The translations under genes and the position numbers were made by a program. A DNA stretch of 64,000 nt from Candidatus Chloroheliaceae bacterium (GTDB taxonomy: Bacteria; Chloroflexota; Chloroflexia; Chloroheliales; Chloroheliaceae), in the NCBI GenBank assembly GCA_013390945.1, contig JACAUC010000003.1, positions 5,274-69,273 of the forward strand, written 5' to 3'. The stretch's first letter is position 1; every line of letters starts with the position of its first letter. The notes beneath the pieces were generated by a model that was not told where the DNA came from, did not search any database, and was given only the letters and a program-made list of their open reading frames with translations. Positions 29,495 to 40,027 of the stretch are shown here, one piece after another.

Positions 29495-32400
29495 ATGCCA
29501 AAATTAAAGATTGACGTAAGTGATTATAACTTGGCATCCAGTTATGCTCACCAAACTTGGGTAGGGAGTGCTTTTGCTTTTGTGGCTCCGACCTCAATTG
29601 AGGGTACCCTTCAGGCCGGGTTAGCTAATTTTTACGGTTTGCCAACGGTGGCCCTGCGCCGTACCCTACCCCTCTTGCCCGAAGCGCAAGCTCTTCCCGG
29701 TTTCCAACTTCAGGCTACTAATCGCCCACTTAAACCCATCCCGGTCTTGCTCACCGATAAGGAGATTTATCGGGCAGGAGAAGATAACGTCCGTCTTTTG
29801 GTAGTCTCACCCGGCTGGCTCTTTCCCGATAAGGTTGAGGGTAGTACCGCTCGCTTGGTAGTAGAGAATAATGGCAGCACCTATCGCACCCAAGCGGTCA
29901 AGCTGAACGAAGGGGGTTTGACCCTAGTAGAACTAGGTAAATTGCCAGAGGGTGGCTACCGCATCTATTGGGACAACGAGGAGCTTACCGATCATCAGGG
30001 CAACAAAGCCGAATGTCACTTTAGCAGCGTAACCTACGTACTCTCTCCTCTTCAGGCTACTCTGTTGGCCCACCAACTCCGCGAGCGACAACTGAGTTGC
30101 CGCCTTAAAGTTGAGCGGTTTAATGAGCCTCTGAGCGAACAGATTCAAGTGGAGTTGTGGAGCGGTACGCAAAGACTGGGTCAACAGCGTCTTAAACCAG
30201 AGACACCGGGAATTTTTAATACCACGTTCAAGGTAAAATCTGCTGCTACCGAACGTTTGGAACTACGGGTGAGCTATCTCGATCAATTGGCGACGGTGGT
30301 TATTCCGGGTTCGCGCAAGGCTGAGCGAGATGAAACCCTGCTCTCAGGGTTGGGTCGGGAGGTTAAGGTCAGTCTGATGCCCGGCGCAGGAACTCGTGAA
30401 GTGCGCGGCTTATATCTGAACGATGCTACTCTGGTCAAGAATACCCCGGTCACGCTGACCGATCCGGCCCCCGATAATCGTCGGGCGCGATTGCGTTGGC
30501 AGGTAGCTGCTCAAGCGGCCCGTCTCTTGATCTTGGATCTGCGCGGAGCGGTAGTCGAAAGCAAGGATTTGGGTGAGATAGCGGCGGGACAAGAGATTGA
30601 GGTTGAAGTGGCTGCACCGGGTGGCTTCTTGGCAGTAGGCGGTTGGCTAGGCGACCGGGCTTGGGAGGGTTGGGCTGTTCTATTGGCCCCCTCTACCTCC
30701 AAGTTGGAAGTGAAAGCTCCGGTTACGGCTCGGCCCGGTCAAAAAATAGAACTGAATTTGAGTGCCAATAGCCCCGCCTCGATCTACTTGTTGGTACGCG
30801 ATAGCCGCTTGACCGGGTCTGGCCCACAAGAACGGCTGGCGGCCTCGCTCAAGGGGGGGTTAGAAGGTGCAAGCGATTGGGGCAATCTGGGCTATCTCAC
30901 CCAAACGCTGGACAATCACCCGGACTGGCCTAAAGGTTTTGATCGCTATCGGGATAGCTATGGCGGTGCGGTGGTTTATTCTGCTATGCCGGTTCCCATG
31001 ATGCCTCAAACTATGCCTGCTCGTCCAGGTGGTGGGTTGCTTAAAAGGATGGGTCCCGCCGATATGCTTTCTAATGTGGCAGATGCCGCTGGTGCGGTAA
31101 TGAAATCCGGCCCAATGAAGATGAAGAGAGAGCTAGAAAGTGCTATTGTTGAGGATTTGTTACTGGAACCTTCTGAACCTGAAGCCGCCGGGCCTGCCCC
31201 TCGCAAAGATTTTGCCGATGTAGCCTATTGTGCCGTGATTCAGACTGACGCACAAGGAGAGGCCACTGTTGCGTTCCAATTGCCAGAGGCGATTACCTCC
31301 TACAGCATTGAGGCATTTGCCTTGAGCCGAGATGGAGCCGAATGGTCTACCACTCGCGAAAGCTTGGAGGTCTCTCAACCACTTTGGGCCGAGTTCAAGT
31401 TACCCGCTTTTGTCTATCCCGGCGACCGAAGTCCGGCAACATTGGAAGTAGGTTGCAAGGGAGAGCAGTTCCGGTTGCGGCTATGGTGCGATGGGGTAGC
31501 CGTACCCTTCACCCTTTCGGGGGCAAATCAGACCGCGCCCGATACCTTTACCGGACACCGCGCCAAAATAACTTTTGAAGCCTACCCCGGTCTGTGGCGA
31601 GCAGAATTGGAAGATTTAGTAACCCACGAAAAGGATCTTACCGAACGCACGGTTGAGGCTATCGGTCAATTTAAGGCTTTGGCCCGTCGTTTCCAACTGC
31701 TCTTGACCGGGGAGACCCTTTCCCTAAGTGTGACGGGGGCTTTGCAAATGCGCCTCTTGCCGTCGCTAGATAAGCCCTTTAACGTGCTGTGTGATGCTAC
31801 TACCAACTACGACCATCGCTGCTGTGAACAGACCGCCGCCAAACTAATTGCGGCTGTCGCCGCTTTAATGGCCGGAGGTGACCAACACAAGTTGCGCGAC
31901 GTGATCGTGGCCGGAGCAGAGCGGGAGAAGCTGATGCACTTGCCCGGACGTGGCTTTATGATGTATCCGCCTCAAGAATCGGGTGGCAATACTTCCCCCA
32001 ACGATTATTGGGGTAAACGGGCGGCTGAGCATTTAAGTAGCGTAGCCTTAATTGGTCAACCGCTCTTTGCTGATGGAGCCACTTCCTACGATCCGACCAT
32101 TGTTCAGGCTTTGCGCCAGGTAGTCGAAATGGGACTGGATGCTGCTAAAGCCTACCGAATAGAAATGCAACCCTCCAAAATTGAAAACGGGCGGGATGCT
32201 TACCGAGCCGTTGCCCGACAAGCTGCTTCCAAGAGCGACGCGCTAATCTATGCCCAACGCACCTTAAAGAGTTTTGCCGATAATAAAACCCCCGCCCCCG
32301 GTGGGGCAGTCTTGGCCCGTGAGGAGCAGGCATATTGCGCCGCCGCATTACTGACCGGAGGCGATCAGACCAACCTAGGGTTGGCAATTGAGGCCACTAA

Positions 32401-33016
32401 CCGTTTGGCGAGTAGTTTGGATGGCGAAGGTCGCCTCTACTCAACCGTAGATTCGGTGGCTCTTATTAGCCTGATGGCGGCTTTACGGGTGGCTGGAATC
32501 GGGGTTGGCGGAAAGGGTAGTTCGCTAGTGCGGTTGGATGGTCAGGAAATGCCGCTTACGCAGGCACTGGAAGTAGCAGGCGCAGGGCAAACCTCCGAGA
32601 TCACCGTCTTGGAGGGTGTTGCTCTGGTAGAGCTAACCAGCGAGATAAGCGAGGATTGGAATACCTTCAGGGCAGAGTTACCAGTGGCAATCCAATTAGC
32701 CCGACCGGGCAAACTAAATCTACGTCCGCTCCGGGTAGGCGATACGTTGGAACTAGTGGTAAAACTGGAGCAATACGAGCCGGGACTACTGGCACAGGTC
32801 TGCCTACCTTCCGCACTTTCTAGGATTGAAGGCGGTGGTGAGGTCAAAAAGTTTTCGGTAGACTTTTCTGGTCGCACCGAAGTACGACTACCGCTTCGGG
32901 CTACCGGACATACCTTAGCAGGTGGTGAGCATTGGGCCATCCTAGTGCGTAACATGTTCAAAGAAGAGCAGGCAGGTAATCCCGGCCTGCAACTAATCCG
33001 GGTTAGTGCCGATTAA
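29495..33016 (+). CDS. alpha-2-macroglobulin-family (thioester-containing-protein-like) large protein, no signal peptide
   Basis: 1173 aa. A Met/Pro-rich flexible segment could be a bait region (AMPVPMMPQTMPARPGGG ... EPSEPEAAGPAP). The A2M-domain consensus is RKDFADVAYCAVIQTDAQGEATVAFQLPEAITSYSIEAFALSRDG. CCEQ occupies the position of the CxEQ thioester (31820-31831). A helical TED-like region and a C-terminal beta domain follow. The N-terminus (MPKLKIDVSDYNL) is not hydrophobic. Confidence 0.65.
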   Translation: MPKLKIDVSDYNLASSYAHQTWVGSAFAFVAPTSIEGTLQAGLANFYGLPTVALRRTLPLLPEAQALPGFQLQATNRPLKPIPVLLTDKEIYRAGEDNVRLLVVSPGWLFPDKVEGSTARLVVENNGSTYRTQAVKLNEGGLTLVELGKLPEGGYRIYWDNEELTDHQGNKAECHFSSVTYVLSPLQATLLAHQLRERQLSCRLKVERFNEPLSEQIQVELWSGTQRLGQQRLKPETPGIFNTTFKVKSAATERLELRVSYLDQLATVVIPGSRKAERDETLLSGLGREVKVSLMPGAGTREVRGLYLNDATLVKNTPVTLTDPAPDNRRARLRWQVAAQAARLLILDLRGAVVESKDLGEIAAGQEIEVEVAAPGGFLAVGGWLGDRAWEGWAVLLAPSTSKLEVKAPVTARPGQKIELNLSANSPASIYLLVRDSRLTGSGPQERLAASLKGGLEGASDWGNLGYLTQTLDNHPDWPKGFDRYRDSYGGAVVYSAMPVPMMPQTMPARPGGGLLKRMGPADMLSNVADAAGAVMKSGPMKMKRELESAIVEDLLLEPSEPEAAGPAPRKDFADVAYCAVIQTDAQGEATVAFQLPEAITSYSIEAFALSRDGAEWSTTRESLEVSQPLWAEFKLPAFVYPGDRSPATLEVGCKGEQFRLRLWCDGVAVPFTLSGANQTAPDTFTGHRAKITFEAYPGLWRAELEDLVTHEKDLTERTVEAIGQFKALARRFQLLLTGETLSLSVTGALQMRLLPSLDKPFNVLCDATTNYDHRCCEQTAAKLIAAVAALMAGGDQHKLRDVIVAGAEREKLMHLPGRGFMMYPPQESGGNTSPNDYWGKRAAEHLSSVALIGQPLFADGATSYDPTIVQALRQVVEMGLDAAKAYRIEMQPSKIENGRDAYRAVARQAASKSDALIYAQRTLKSFADNKTPAPGGAVLAREEQAYCAAALLTGGDQTNLGLAIEATNRLASSLDGEGRLYSTVDSVALISLMAALRVAGIGVGGKGSSLVRLDGQEMPLTQALEVAGAGQTSEITVLEGVALVELTSEISEDWNTFRAELPVAIQLARPGKLNLRPLRVGDTLELVVKLEQYEPGLLAQVCLPSALSRIEGGGEVKKFSVDFSGRTEVRLPLRATGHTLAGGEHWAILVRNMFKEEQAGNPGLQLIRVSAD

Positions 33017-33030
33017 CTCCTCGTGTGGGA

Positions 33031-33066
33031 GGGCGTTGAGTGGCAGAAAAATTGCCTTCAACGCCC
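33031..33066 (+). terminator. candidate terminator hairpin after the A2M-like gene
   Basis: GGGCGTTGA ... TCAACGCCC outer stem plus a GGCA/TGCC inner stem, giving ~14 bp with one bulge. There is no clear U-tract. Confidence 0.4.
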
Positions 33067-33264
33067 CCTCAAATCACAAAATAGGACAAAGTAGAAGTAG
33101 CGAAAAACAAACTATGGGCTTATAATAGGAGGATGGATACAAAGCAAAGAAAGATAACGAACCGAATAGACCGCAGCGTGGCACTACTTTCTTCAAATAA
33201 ATTGACCTAACAAAGTGGAATCGGTAAAGCAAATAGTCAGGCAAAAAGGTTAAACTAGTTCGGT

Positions 33265-33588
33265 TTGGGTGGAGAAGAGATGAATATGAAACATATGAGT
33301 GAAGCCGAGGCACTTGCATTATTGGAGGCTTGCAAGCCGCTAATCACACAAATGACCCACTATGGGGTAAATTTTTGGATTGACGAGGCGGCACGTAGTG
33401 TACTAGAAGGATTTGAGCAAGTGCGACAGGCAGGTTACACTTACCTAGAATTACAGCAGATGGCTTATCGGGCCGGGCTAATGTTCGGTGATTTAGGTAT
33501 ATTAAGTTGGGCCTATCGTTGGCGGGTAGCTAATGGCAATGTGAATTATAATATAGCTAATAATGATAAACAACACTATACTCAATAG
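33265..33588 (+). CDS. hypothetical protein
   Basis: 107-aa ORF. No motif recognised. Confidence 0.35.
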   Translation: MGGEEMNMKHMSEAEALALLEACKPLITQMTHYGVNFWIDEAARSVLEGFEQVRQAGYTYLELQQMAYRAGLMFGDLGILSWAYRWRVANGNVNYNIANNDKQHYTQ

Positions 33589-33633
33589 TAGGCAACTTAC
33601 CCAAAATTGAAGATCGCGCAAGGGGAGCATCTA

Positions 33634-34554
33634 ATGTCTGTGCTTGTCTTTGGTAGCCTCAATATGGATCTGGTGGTGCTTACACCACGCTCTCCTTTAG
33701 CTGGAGAAACTCTTATTGGGCATACCTTTTTCACTACCCCTGGTGGCAAAGGTGCTAATCAAGCGGTAGCTGCCGCCCGATTAGGTGCTTCTACCGCTAT
33801 GGTAGGCCGTGTAGGTGCGGATCTTTTTGGTAGCACTCTTCTCCAACAACTGAGTATTACGGGTGTAAAGGTGGAGGGGGTCATTACAGATAGTGAGCAA
33901 CTTTCCGGGGTGGCACTCATTACGCTGGATGATATGGCCCAAAATCGGATTATAGTAGTACCCGGTGCTAATGGTGCAATCGGTTCCGAAGATTTGACCA
34001 GACTATCTTCGCTATTAACCGAGTCAACCGTTCTGCTTCTCCAGCTTGAAATCCCCCTTGAAGTGGTGACGGCGGCGGCCCAACTTGCTGTTAGGCAAGG
34101 TCTCAAAGTAATCTTAGACCCGGCTCCGGCGTTGCCTTTGCCGCCGGAATTGTACCAAGCCACCACCATTCTTACACCCAACGAGACCGAGGCTGCCGTG
34201 TTGGTAGGCTTTCCCCTTTCCAGTGATGAGGCCATCATTGCGGCGGCAAAGGAATTGCATCAGCGTGGAGCAGGTACAGTTATTATTAAGCTGGGCAGTC
34301 GGGGGATCTATTGGACCGATGGCTTAAAAAGGGAGTTCCGCTCAGCCCTCCCGGTCAGAGCTATAGATACTGTTGGAGCCGGAGATGCCTTCAATGGAGC
34401 GTTGGCTGTAGCCCTAGCTGAAGGCAAGGATTTGAATGAAGCACTCAATTGGGGGTTGGTTGCTGGCTCCCTTGCCACCACCAAAACGGGCGCACAAGCC
34501 GCTATGCCAGAGCGGGAAGCACTCTATTTGGCGTTGACAAGCTTGAAAAATTAG
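33634..34554 (+). CDS. rbsK: ribokinase
   Basis: LVFGSLNMDLVV, PGGKGANQAVAAARLGA, TPNETEA and DTVGAGDAFNGALAVAL (PfkB signatures). The ATG at 33634 follows a caagggga RBS. The track ORF starts at TTG 33607. Confidence 0.85.
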   Translation: MSVLVFGSLNMDLVVLTPRSPLAGETLIGHTFFTTPGGKGANQAVAAARLGASTAMVGRVGADLFGSTLLQQLSITGVKVEGVITDSEQLSGVALITLDDMAQNRIIVVPGANGAIGSEDLTRLSSLLTESTVLLLQLEIPLEVVTAAAQLAVRQGLKVILDPAPALPLPPELYQATTILTPNETEAAVLVGFPLSSDEAIIAAAKELHQRGAGTVIIKLGSRGIYWTDGLKREFRSALPVRAIDTVGAGDAFNGALAVALAEGKDLNEALNWGLVAGSLATTKTGAQAAMPEREALYLALTSLKN

Positions 34555-34565
34555 ACTACTTAACC

Positions 34566-35303
34566 TCAATTCGGTTGGGCCAATAGAATTAGTTGGCTTC
34601 CAGAGTTAAAAAAGTCATTAAAATAAAAAAGACGATAAAGTATCGCAAAGATGAGTTTCTTGGAAAGGGTATAGTCACCCCCCGAAAAGGAATCATAGAC
34701 CTTTTCTGCGGAGATATTGTTAATCAAGTTCTTGTAAAGTGAGTGTACAGGGAAGCCCCAGCGTCTAAGCTGATGTACCGTAAAGTTGTGGTTTCCAAGA
34801 GTTGCTACAAGCTCTGAACCTTGGAAATGACGGTAATGACCTACCATTTTGTCTATCGGGCGTACTTCGCCGGTAGGTACAGTGATGAGTAGGTACTTTT
34901 TAGTCATTTTAGTCAGATTTTCTACCGCTGACTGCCAATCATTAATATGCTCCAGAACTTCCGAGCAGGTTACTAGATCAAACTGCCGTCCCTGCGGCCA
35001 AGTTTCACACTCTAGGTTTAGCTCCATAAATTGACAATGTGGCATTTGCTCTCGATTAGTAGCGATTACCTTATCGGACAGATCACAACCATAACCCGCG
35101 ATATTATGGTGCTTAACGATCTCTTGAAGAAGGTAGGGTTGGGCGCAACCTACATCTAGGCAATCCTTAATCTCCAATTTGGAGATCATTTGGGCCAAAA
35201 GCCTCCGACGATGTCGGGGTGCAGGGCTATAACGATGTAGGCTATCCCAGCTAGTTGTAATATTTTTATAATCGAGTTCTGTTAGAGTTTCTCTACTTTT
35301 CAT
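34566..35303 (-). CDS. class I SAM-dependent methyltransferase
   Basis: Motif I is CLDVGCAQPYL; post-I/II is DLVTCSEVLEHI. 245 aa. Confidence 0.7.
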   Translation of the reverse strand: MKSRETLTELDYKNITTSWDSLHRYSPAPRHRRRLLAQMISKLEIKDCLDVGCAQPYLLQEIVKHHNIAGYGCDLSDKVIATNREQMPHCQFMELNLECETWPQGRQFDLVTCSEVLEHINDWQSAVENLTKMTKKYLLITVPTGEVRPIDKMVGHYRHFQGSELVATLGNHNFTVHQLRRWGFPVHSLYKNLINNISAEKVYDSFSGGDYTLSKKLIFAILYRLFYFNDFFNSGSQLILLAQPN

Positions 35304-35404
35304 TATATAGCTAAACTGCTCCTTCTAAAATAGAGGTAAAAGGTTGATTTTATACCTGTGTTCTTCACCGCTTGTAAATCTCTCCCGAAAGCTTTAGTTA
35401 TCTT

Positions 35405-35492
35405 CTCAATAAGTAGGGGTTTATTGAATAAACCCTCCGTAGGTCAGCCTCACATTGGGCGTATGCAATACGCCCTACCCCGAATTATTGAG
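35405..35492. repeat. MITE-like palindromic intergenic element, copy B
   Basis: CTCAATAAGTAGGGGTT ... core hairpin GGGCGTAT-GCA-ATACGCCC (35457-35475) ... CTACCCCGAATTATTGAG. The termini are inverted repeats of each other. Confidence 0.55.
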
Positions 35493-35795
35493 GTGATACA
35501 GCTTTAGTTGGGGTCTGCTAATTACACCCCTAGCTCAATTTCAAACCTGCGTCATTTGGTGACACCTAAAGCACGAAGCCTTTGATAGGTGATATAATAA
35601 GGATTATACACGATATGACAATAGTGCGCTTGACCAAACTGCTCATTTTACAACGTCTACGCTAGGGTGTATTATATAGGGCAATTCCGAGCAAATCTGA
35701 GCGGTTACAAGGCTTATTACAATTCCAATTTCGTCTGAGCTTGGAGATTTACAAGGGGTGAATAAGAACCACCAAACCTGCAAACTTACCACCTT

Positions 35796-38159
35796 ATGAG
35801 GAAAATGCTGAGAATAAAAACCAAATTTCTGCAATTTGAGACTAATACCCTCAAGGTTTTTCAAACTAGTCGAAAAATATTTTATAGCTGTAGCCTGATA
35901 GCTTTCTTAATAGCGGTGTTGCTTTTTCAATCATGGTACACTCTTTTTCCCGCCCATACTTTTCCGGTCACCCTTAAAATGGCGGCGACCGATTTGCAAT
36001 ATGTTCGAGTTTATTGGGATGATCCTGCCCTCTATCCTAAAGCTTATGAAAAAATTACGGTTAATGCCAGCAGAGAACCCTCCCCTTGGCAAGTAAAAAT
36101 AGAGGCATTGGCTGAAAAGAATCCCCTCTCTGTCTCTACAGAGGTCTGGATTCTGGATCTATCTACCCCCCAACAAAAGGTAGACTGGTCAAAAGCCGAG
36201 ATGATTGGTGTACCTTGGGAATTACGTGACCAGAGTGATGCACCACAGGGTAAGGTAGCACTGGCCTATAATAATGGCCCTCAAACTTTAAAAGCTTCTC
36301 TTCAGGGCGAAGATTTAACCCTCAAGTTAAAAGCCCATCACTGGAGCGGTAAAGTGCGGGTTACGGTTAACAATCATGTTCAAGAACTGGATTTGTATAG
36401 GCCAGTGGAAAAGAGTGAAACCGTTACTTTAACTTTTTCCACTGTTGTATCTAAGCCGGGCGATGGAAGCCTCCAAGATTATACCCTCAATGTAACCCAA
36501 TCCGCTTGGTCAAAGTTGCGGTTTGTACCAGAGGGCCAAGGTTCTTTCCAGCTTGAAAGTTTGGAGGCTAAGGGTCAAAAGAGCAAGCTCAATTCTGCGG
36601 GTAATGAAGCAACTTTACCCTTTAATCTGAAAAATAAGTTTAATTTTGCTGTAGTTGCCACTTTCATTGGTTTTTTCTGGATGTTGCTCCTCTTTATTAG
36701 CGTGGTACACCTTTGGCTGGGTCAGTTTCACAAGCGTTTTAGTGTATGGTCTTATATGTTTGGAATGGCCCCAGTTATCGGAGCTTTCTGGACGTTGGTC
36801 TTCTACCCGGCTACCATGAGTCCTGATTCACTATCACAATGGGGCCAAGCGATGACCAATAGGTACAACGACTGGCATCCTATTGGAATGACCCTGTTAA
36901 TACGGGGCGTAATGATTTTAGTTCCAAATTTTTCATCCAATGCTCAGGCAGCTCTTTTTAGTTTTCTACAAGGCACTTTGTTTTGGTTAGCCATTTTTTA
37001 TACTATCCATAATTTTATAAAAGCACCCAAGTTAAAATTTTTCTTGCTAATAGGCATAATTTTCTATTATCCTCTTTGGGTATATAGTGTAACTATCTGG
37101 AAAGATGTTTGGGCGGCTACATGGCTTCTTCTGTTTACAGTGGAATTATATAAATTTTTGTATCAAGACCGAAAAGGATATTGGTTACATTTTATTACCA
37201 CTACCTTATTTTGCACCTTTGCCATTCTTACCCGGCACAATATTCTGATAACAGCATTAATAATAGCTCTAATATTTAGCGGGTTATTATTTTTCAAACT
37301 TGGCAAGCGCGAATGGCTAAAAATAAGTGGTCTATTGATGGCAATAGTTATTATTAGTATTACCATTACAGAATTGACTTACGTGTTGGTCAATACTGAG
37401 CATATTAACACTACCAATATGTATTTAAATTTTGATGTCATTGGTACGCTCTATTTCACTGGGGAAAAAGCAGAAAACTTACAAAACTTGGCAATTTACC
37501 AAGAGTTTGGCCCAACTAATCTGGATAGAGCAATTAATGGTTACAGTTGCGAGGTGGATTTGAGTTACATTGACTTTGGGGCGAACGCACCGTTTCCTGT
37601 AGAAAGGATCGTCAAGTATGAAGGTAGCCTTAAAGATCTGACTTATCTAGTAACTACTTATCCACTTCCTTTCCTAGAACATAGGATGTGTACAATTAGT
37701 GGTTTGTTTCAGGTTTCAAAAGTTACTTTACCCCAATTTCTCTTTATTATGAACAATCCTTATGGCCTTTCTTCTTCCAGCAAATTGCCCCAAGTCTGGT
37801 CATATGTTAAACGATTTTTGGCATCCAACTTCACACCAAATAGCTGGTTTACCATTCCGTATAAACATGGATTATTATTTCTTTTAGCTATAGTAGCTGC
37901 TATTATACTTTATAAAAAAGTTAAACAAATAGATCGCATGTTGCCTACATTTTTCTTATTAACGGTCGGAATAGCCTATCTTCTACCTTACCTTATTGTA
38001 ACAGGCTCCGATTGGCGGTATCTTTTGTTTTCGCATATCTGCTGGTTGCTCAGCTTGATCGTATCAATTCAGCAATTTTTTGTCCGGCCTGCGGTTGGTT
38101 CTCAGGTTGACAAGGTAGAAGCTACCCCAAAAGAAGAGCCGAGGATAGTCAAAGTTTAA
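35796..38159 (+). CDS. large polytopic membrane protein, possible GT-C-like glycosyltransferase or glycan polymerase
   Basis: 787 aa with one N-terminal TM, a ~260-aa extracytoplasmic domain and then ~12 or more hydrophobic helices. The gene is visibly AT-rich. It is embedded among sugar-modification genes. The function is inferred from context only. Confidence 0.45.
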   Translation: MRKMLRIKTKFLQFETNTLKVFQTSRKIFYSCSLIAFLIAVLLFQSWYTLFPAHTFPVTLKMAATDLQYVRVYWDDPALYPKAYEKITVNASREPSPWQVKIEALAEKNPLSVSTEVWILDLSTPQQKVDWSKAEMIGVPWELRDQSDAPQGKVALAYNNGPQTLKASLQGEDLTLKLKAHHWSGKVRVTVNNHVQELDLYRPVEKSETVTLTFSTVVSKPGDGSLQDYTLNVTQSAWSKLRFVPEGQGSFQLESLEAKGQKSKLNSAGNEATLPFNLKNKFNFAVVATFIGFFWMLLLFISVVHLWLGQFHKRFSVWSYMFGMAPVIGAFWTLVFYPATMSPDSLSQWGQAMTNRYNDWHPIGMTLLIRGVMILVPNFSSNAQAALFSFLQGTLFWLAIFYTIHNFIKAPKLKFFLLIGIIFYYPLWVYSVTIWKDVWAATWLLLFTVELYKFLYQDRKGYWLHFITTTLFCTFAILTRHNILITALIIALIFSGLLFFKLGKREWLKISGLLMAIVIISITITELTYVLVNTEHINTTNMYLNFDVIGTLYFTGEKAENLQNLAIYQEFGPTNLDRAINGYSCEVDLSYIDFGANAPFPVERIVKYEGSLKDLTYLVTTYPLPFLEHRMCTISGLFQVSKVTLPQFLFIMNNPYGLSSSSKLPQVWSYVKRFLASNFTPNSWFTIPYKHGLLFLLAIVAAIILYKKVKQIDRMLPTFFLLTVGIAYLLPYLIVTGSDWRYLLFSHICWLLSLIVSIQQFFVRPAVGSQVDKVEATPKEEPRIVKV

Positions 38160-38186
38160 AGAATTTAAAGAAAAAGGAAATTTTAA

Positions 38187-39152
38187 ATGGTATCTTATTT
38201 TGTATGTGGAGGAGCAGGCTTTATTGGTAGCCATCTGGTAAAGTCTCTCTTGGATGAACCAGACGCTACTATAACGATTTTTGATAATTTTTCATCTGGT
38301 CAAATGTGGCACTTAGGTGAAGCCGCCAATGATCGGCGAGTCCGAATTGTGCGCGGTGACATCAAAGAGTTGAAGCTCTTAACAGAAGCAATGCAAGGAC
38401 ACCAGCATGTATATCATTTTGCCTCTAACCCGGATATTGCTAAAGCAACTACTCAGCCAGATATTGATTTCTGGGAGGGTACTTACTTAACTCAAAATAT
38501 TTTGGAGGCTATGCGTCTGAACAGCGTGAAACGCTTAACCTATGCCTCTGGTAGCGGTATTTATGGCGATACTGGTGAAATTCCGGTCTCTGAGGAATAT
38601 TCTCCAAAGCTGCCGATTTCAACTTATGGGGCAAGTAAATTAGCTTGCGAAGCCTTAATTTGTTCTTACAGCTATATGTTTGAGATAGATGCTAGGGCTT
38701 TTCGCTTTGCTAATGTGATTGGTTCCCACCAAACTCATGGTGTAACTTATGATTTTGTGTTACGCTTGATGGCAGATCCCTCCAAACTGACGATTTTGGG
38801 CGACGGTCAGCAGAGCAAATCTTATGTTCATGTGGAAGATGTAATTCGGGCTTTACGCCATATTGCTAAGGAAGATTGGCATGGTTTTGATTACTTTAAT
38901 GTTGCGACAGAAGATTATATAACTGTGCGCGAGATTGCTGATCTAGTCGTACAGCACCTAAATCTATCGGGGGTAGAATATCAATTTGCCGGAGGTAATC
39001 GTGGCTGGAAAGGTGATGTACCGATAGTACGTTTTGATACTACCAAGATACGCTCGCACGGCTGGCGCAATTTTCTTACCACAAGAGAAGCTCTGGAAGA
39101 CGCAATTGCTTCTATGATAGTGGATGTTAAAGAAGGAAAGATTAGTCGTTAA
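38187..39152 (+). CDS. NAD-dependent nucleotide-sugar epimerase/dehydratase (extended SDR)
   Basis: GGAGFIGSHL glycine motif, YGASKLACE catalytic YxxxK, 321 aa. Confidence 0.85.
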   Translation: MVSYFVCGGAGFIGSHLVKSLLDEPDATITIFDNFSSGQMWHLGEAANDRRVRIVRGDIKELKLLTEAMQGHQHVYHFASNPDIAKATTQPDIDFWEGTYLTQNILEAMRLNSVKRLTYASGSGIYGDTGEIPVSEEYSPKLPISTYGASKLACEALICSYSYMFEIDARAFRFANVIGSHQTHGVTYDFVLRLMADPSKLTILGDGQQSKSYVHVEDVIRALRHIAKEDWHGFDYFNVATEDYITVREIADLVVQHLNLSGVEYQFAGGNRGWKGDVPIVRFDTTKIRSHGWRNFLTTREALEDAIASMIVDVKEGKISR

Positions 39153-39227
39153 CACAGGTTTGGCACTTAGTATCGGCTTTGTTAATCAAACCAGCTATAA
39201 TATCAAATAGATGTAGATAAGGAATTT

Positions 39228-40007
39228 ATGGAGATTGAGAAATTACTTCATTCTTTGATACCAACCGAATTTCAAGTTCCAGCTAATCCGGTTCATCGGA
39301 CGCTCACAAAAATTGGCTATTTTCGTTTACGCACGTGGTTAGCTTCGCGGGGCGAAAGAGTACCCAATGCAAACCTCTACCAGCCACTTTACTCGCCTTG
39401 GGAGGGAGAGCCTGCCTTTGAAATGCTTTATCGTCAGACCCAAAACCTTACTCTAGTGAGTCGGGATCGCTGCTATCTTCTCTGGAAAACCCTGCAGCAG
39501 TCCTTAAATTTAGCGGGCGATTTTGTAGAGTGCGGTGTCTTTCGAGGTGGTACGGCTTTGTTGGAAGCCCGAACCTTACAGGGTCAAATGTCCAAGCGTA
39601 AATTACACCTTTTTGATAGCTTTGCCGGAATGCCTGAAACTACTGACGGGGTGGACTCTTTTGAGGCGGGCGATTTTTCCAGAACTTCGGCTGAAGCCGT
39701 AGCCCGTTTGCTCAAGCCTTATAGTTTTGTTGAAATGCACGTTGGTTTTATACCGGATACTTTCCAAGGCTTAGAGCTTGAGCATATCGCTTGGGTACAT
39801 ATAGATGTAGATTTGTATCAGAGTGTTCAAGAGTGTATCAGTTATTTTTATGCTCGGTTGGTGCCTGGTGGTTTTATGATTTTTGATGATTATGGCTTTC
39901 CAAGTTGCCCCGGTGCTAGACGTGCGGTTGATGAGGCGTTTGCCAAATTGCCGGAGGTACCTATTTGCCTCCCAACCGGACAATGTCTTGTGGTTAAATT
40001 AAGGTAA
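39228..40007 (+). CDS. TylF/MycF-type SAM-dependent O-methyltransferase
   Basis: The GDFVECGVFRGGTALL and HIDVDLYQSVQECI motifs are characteristic of the macrocin-O-methyltransferase (TylF) family. Confidence 0.65.
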   Translation: MEIEKLLHSLIPTEFQVPANPVHRTLTKIGYFRLRTWLASRGERVPNANLYQPLYSPWEGEPAFEMLYRQTQNLTLVSRDRCYLLWKTLQQSLNLAGDFVECGVFRGGTALLEARTLQGQMSKRKLHLFDSFAGMPETTDGVDSFEAGDFSRTSAEAVARLLKPYSFVEMHVGFIPDTFQGLELEHIAWVHIDVDLYQSVQECISYFYARLVPGGFMIFDDYGFPSCPGARRAVDEAFAKLPEVPICLPTGQCLVVKLR

Positions 40008-40027
40008 GTTTAGTTAGTAGGTGATTT

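Noticed and set aside
33074-33319. Minus-strand 81-aa ORF.
   Set aside because: It overlaps the terminator hairpin of the A2M-like gene and the start of the plus-strand ORF at 33265. It has a biased Leu/Ser/Tyr composition and no RBS.
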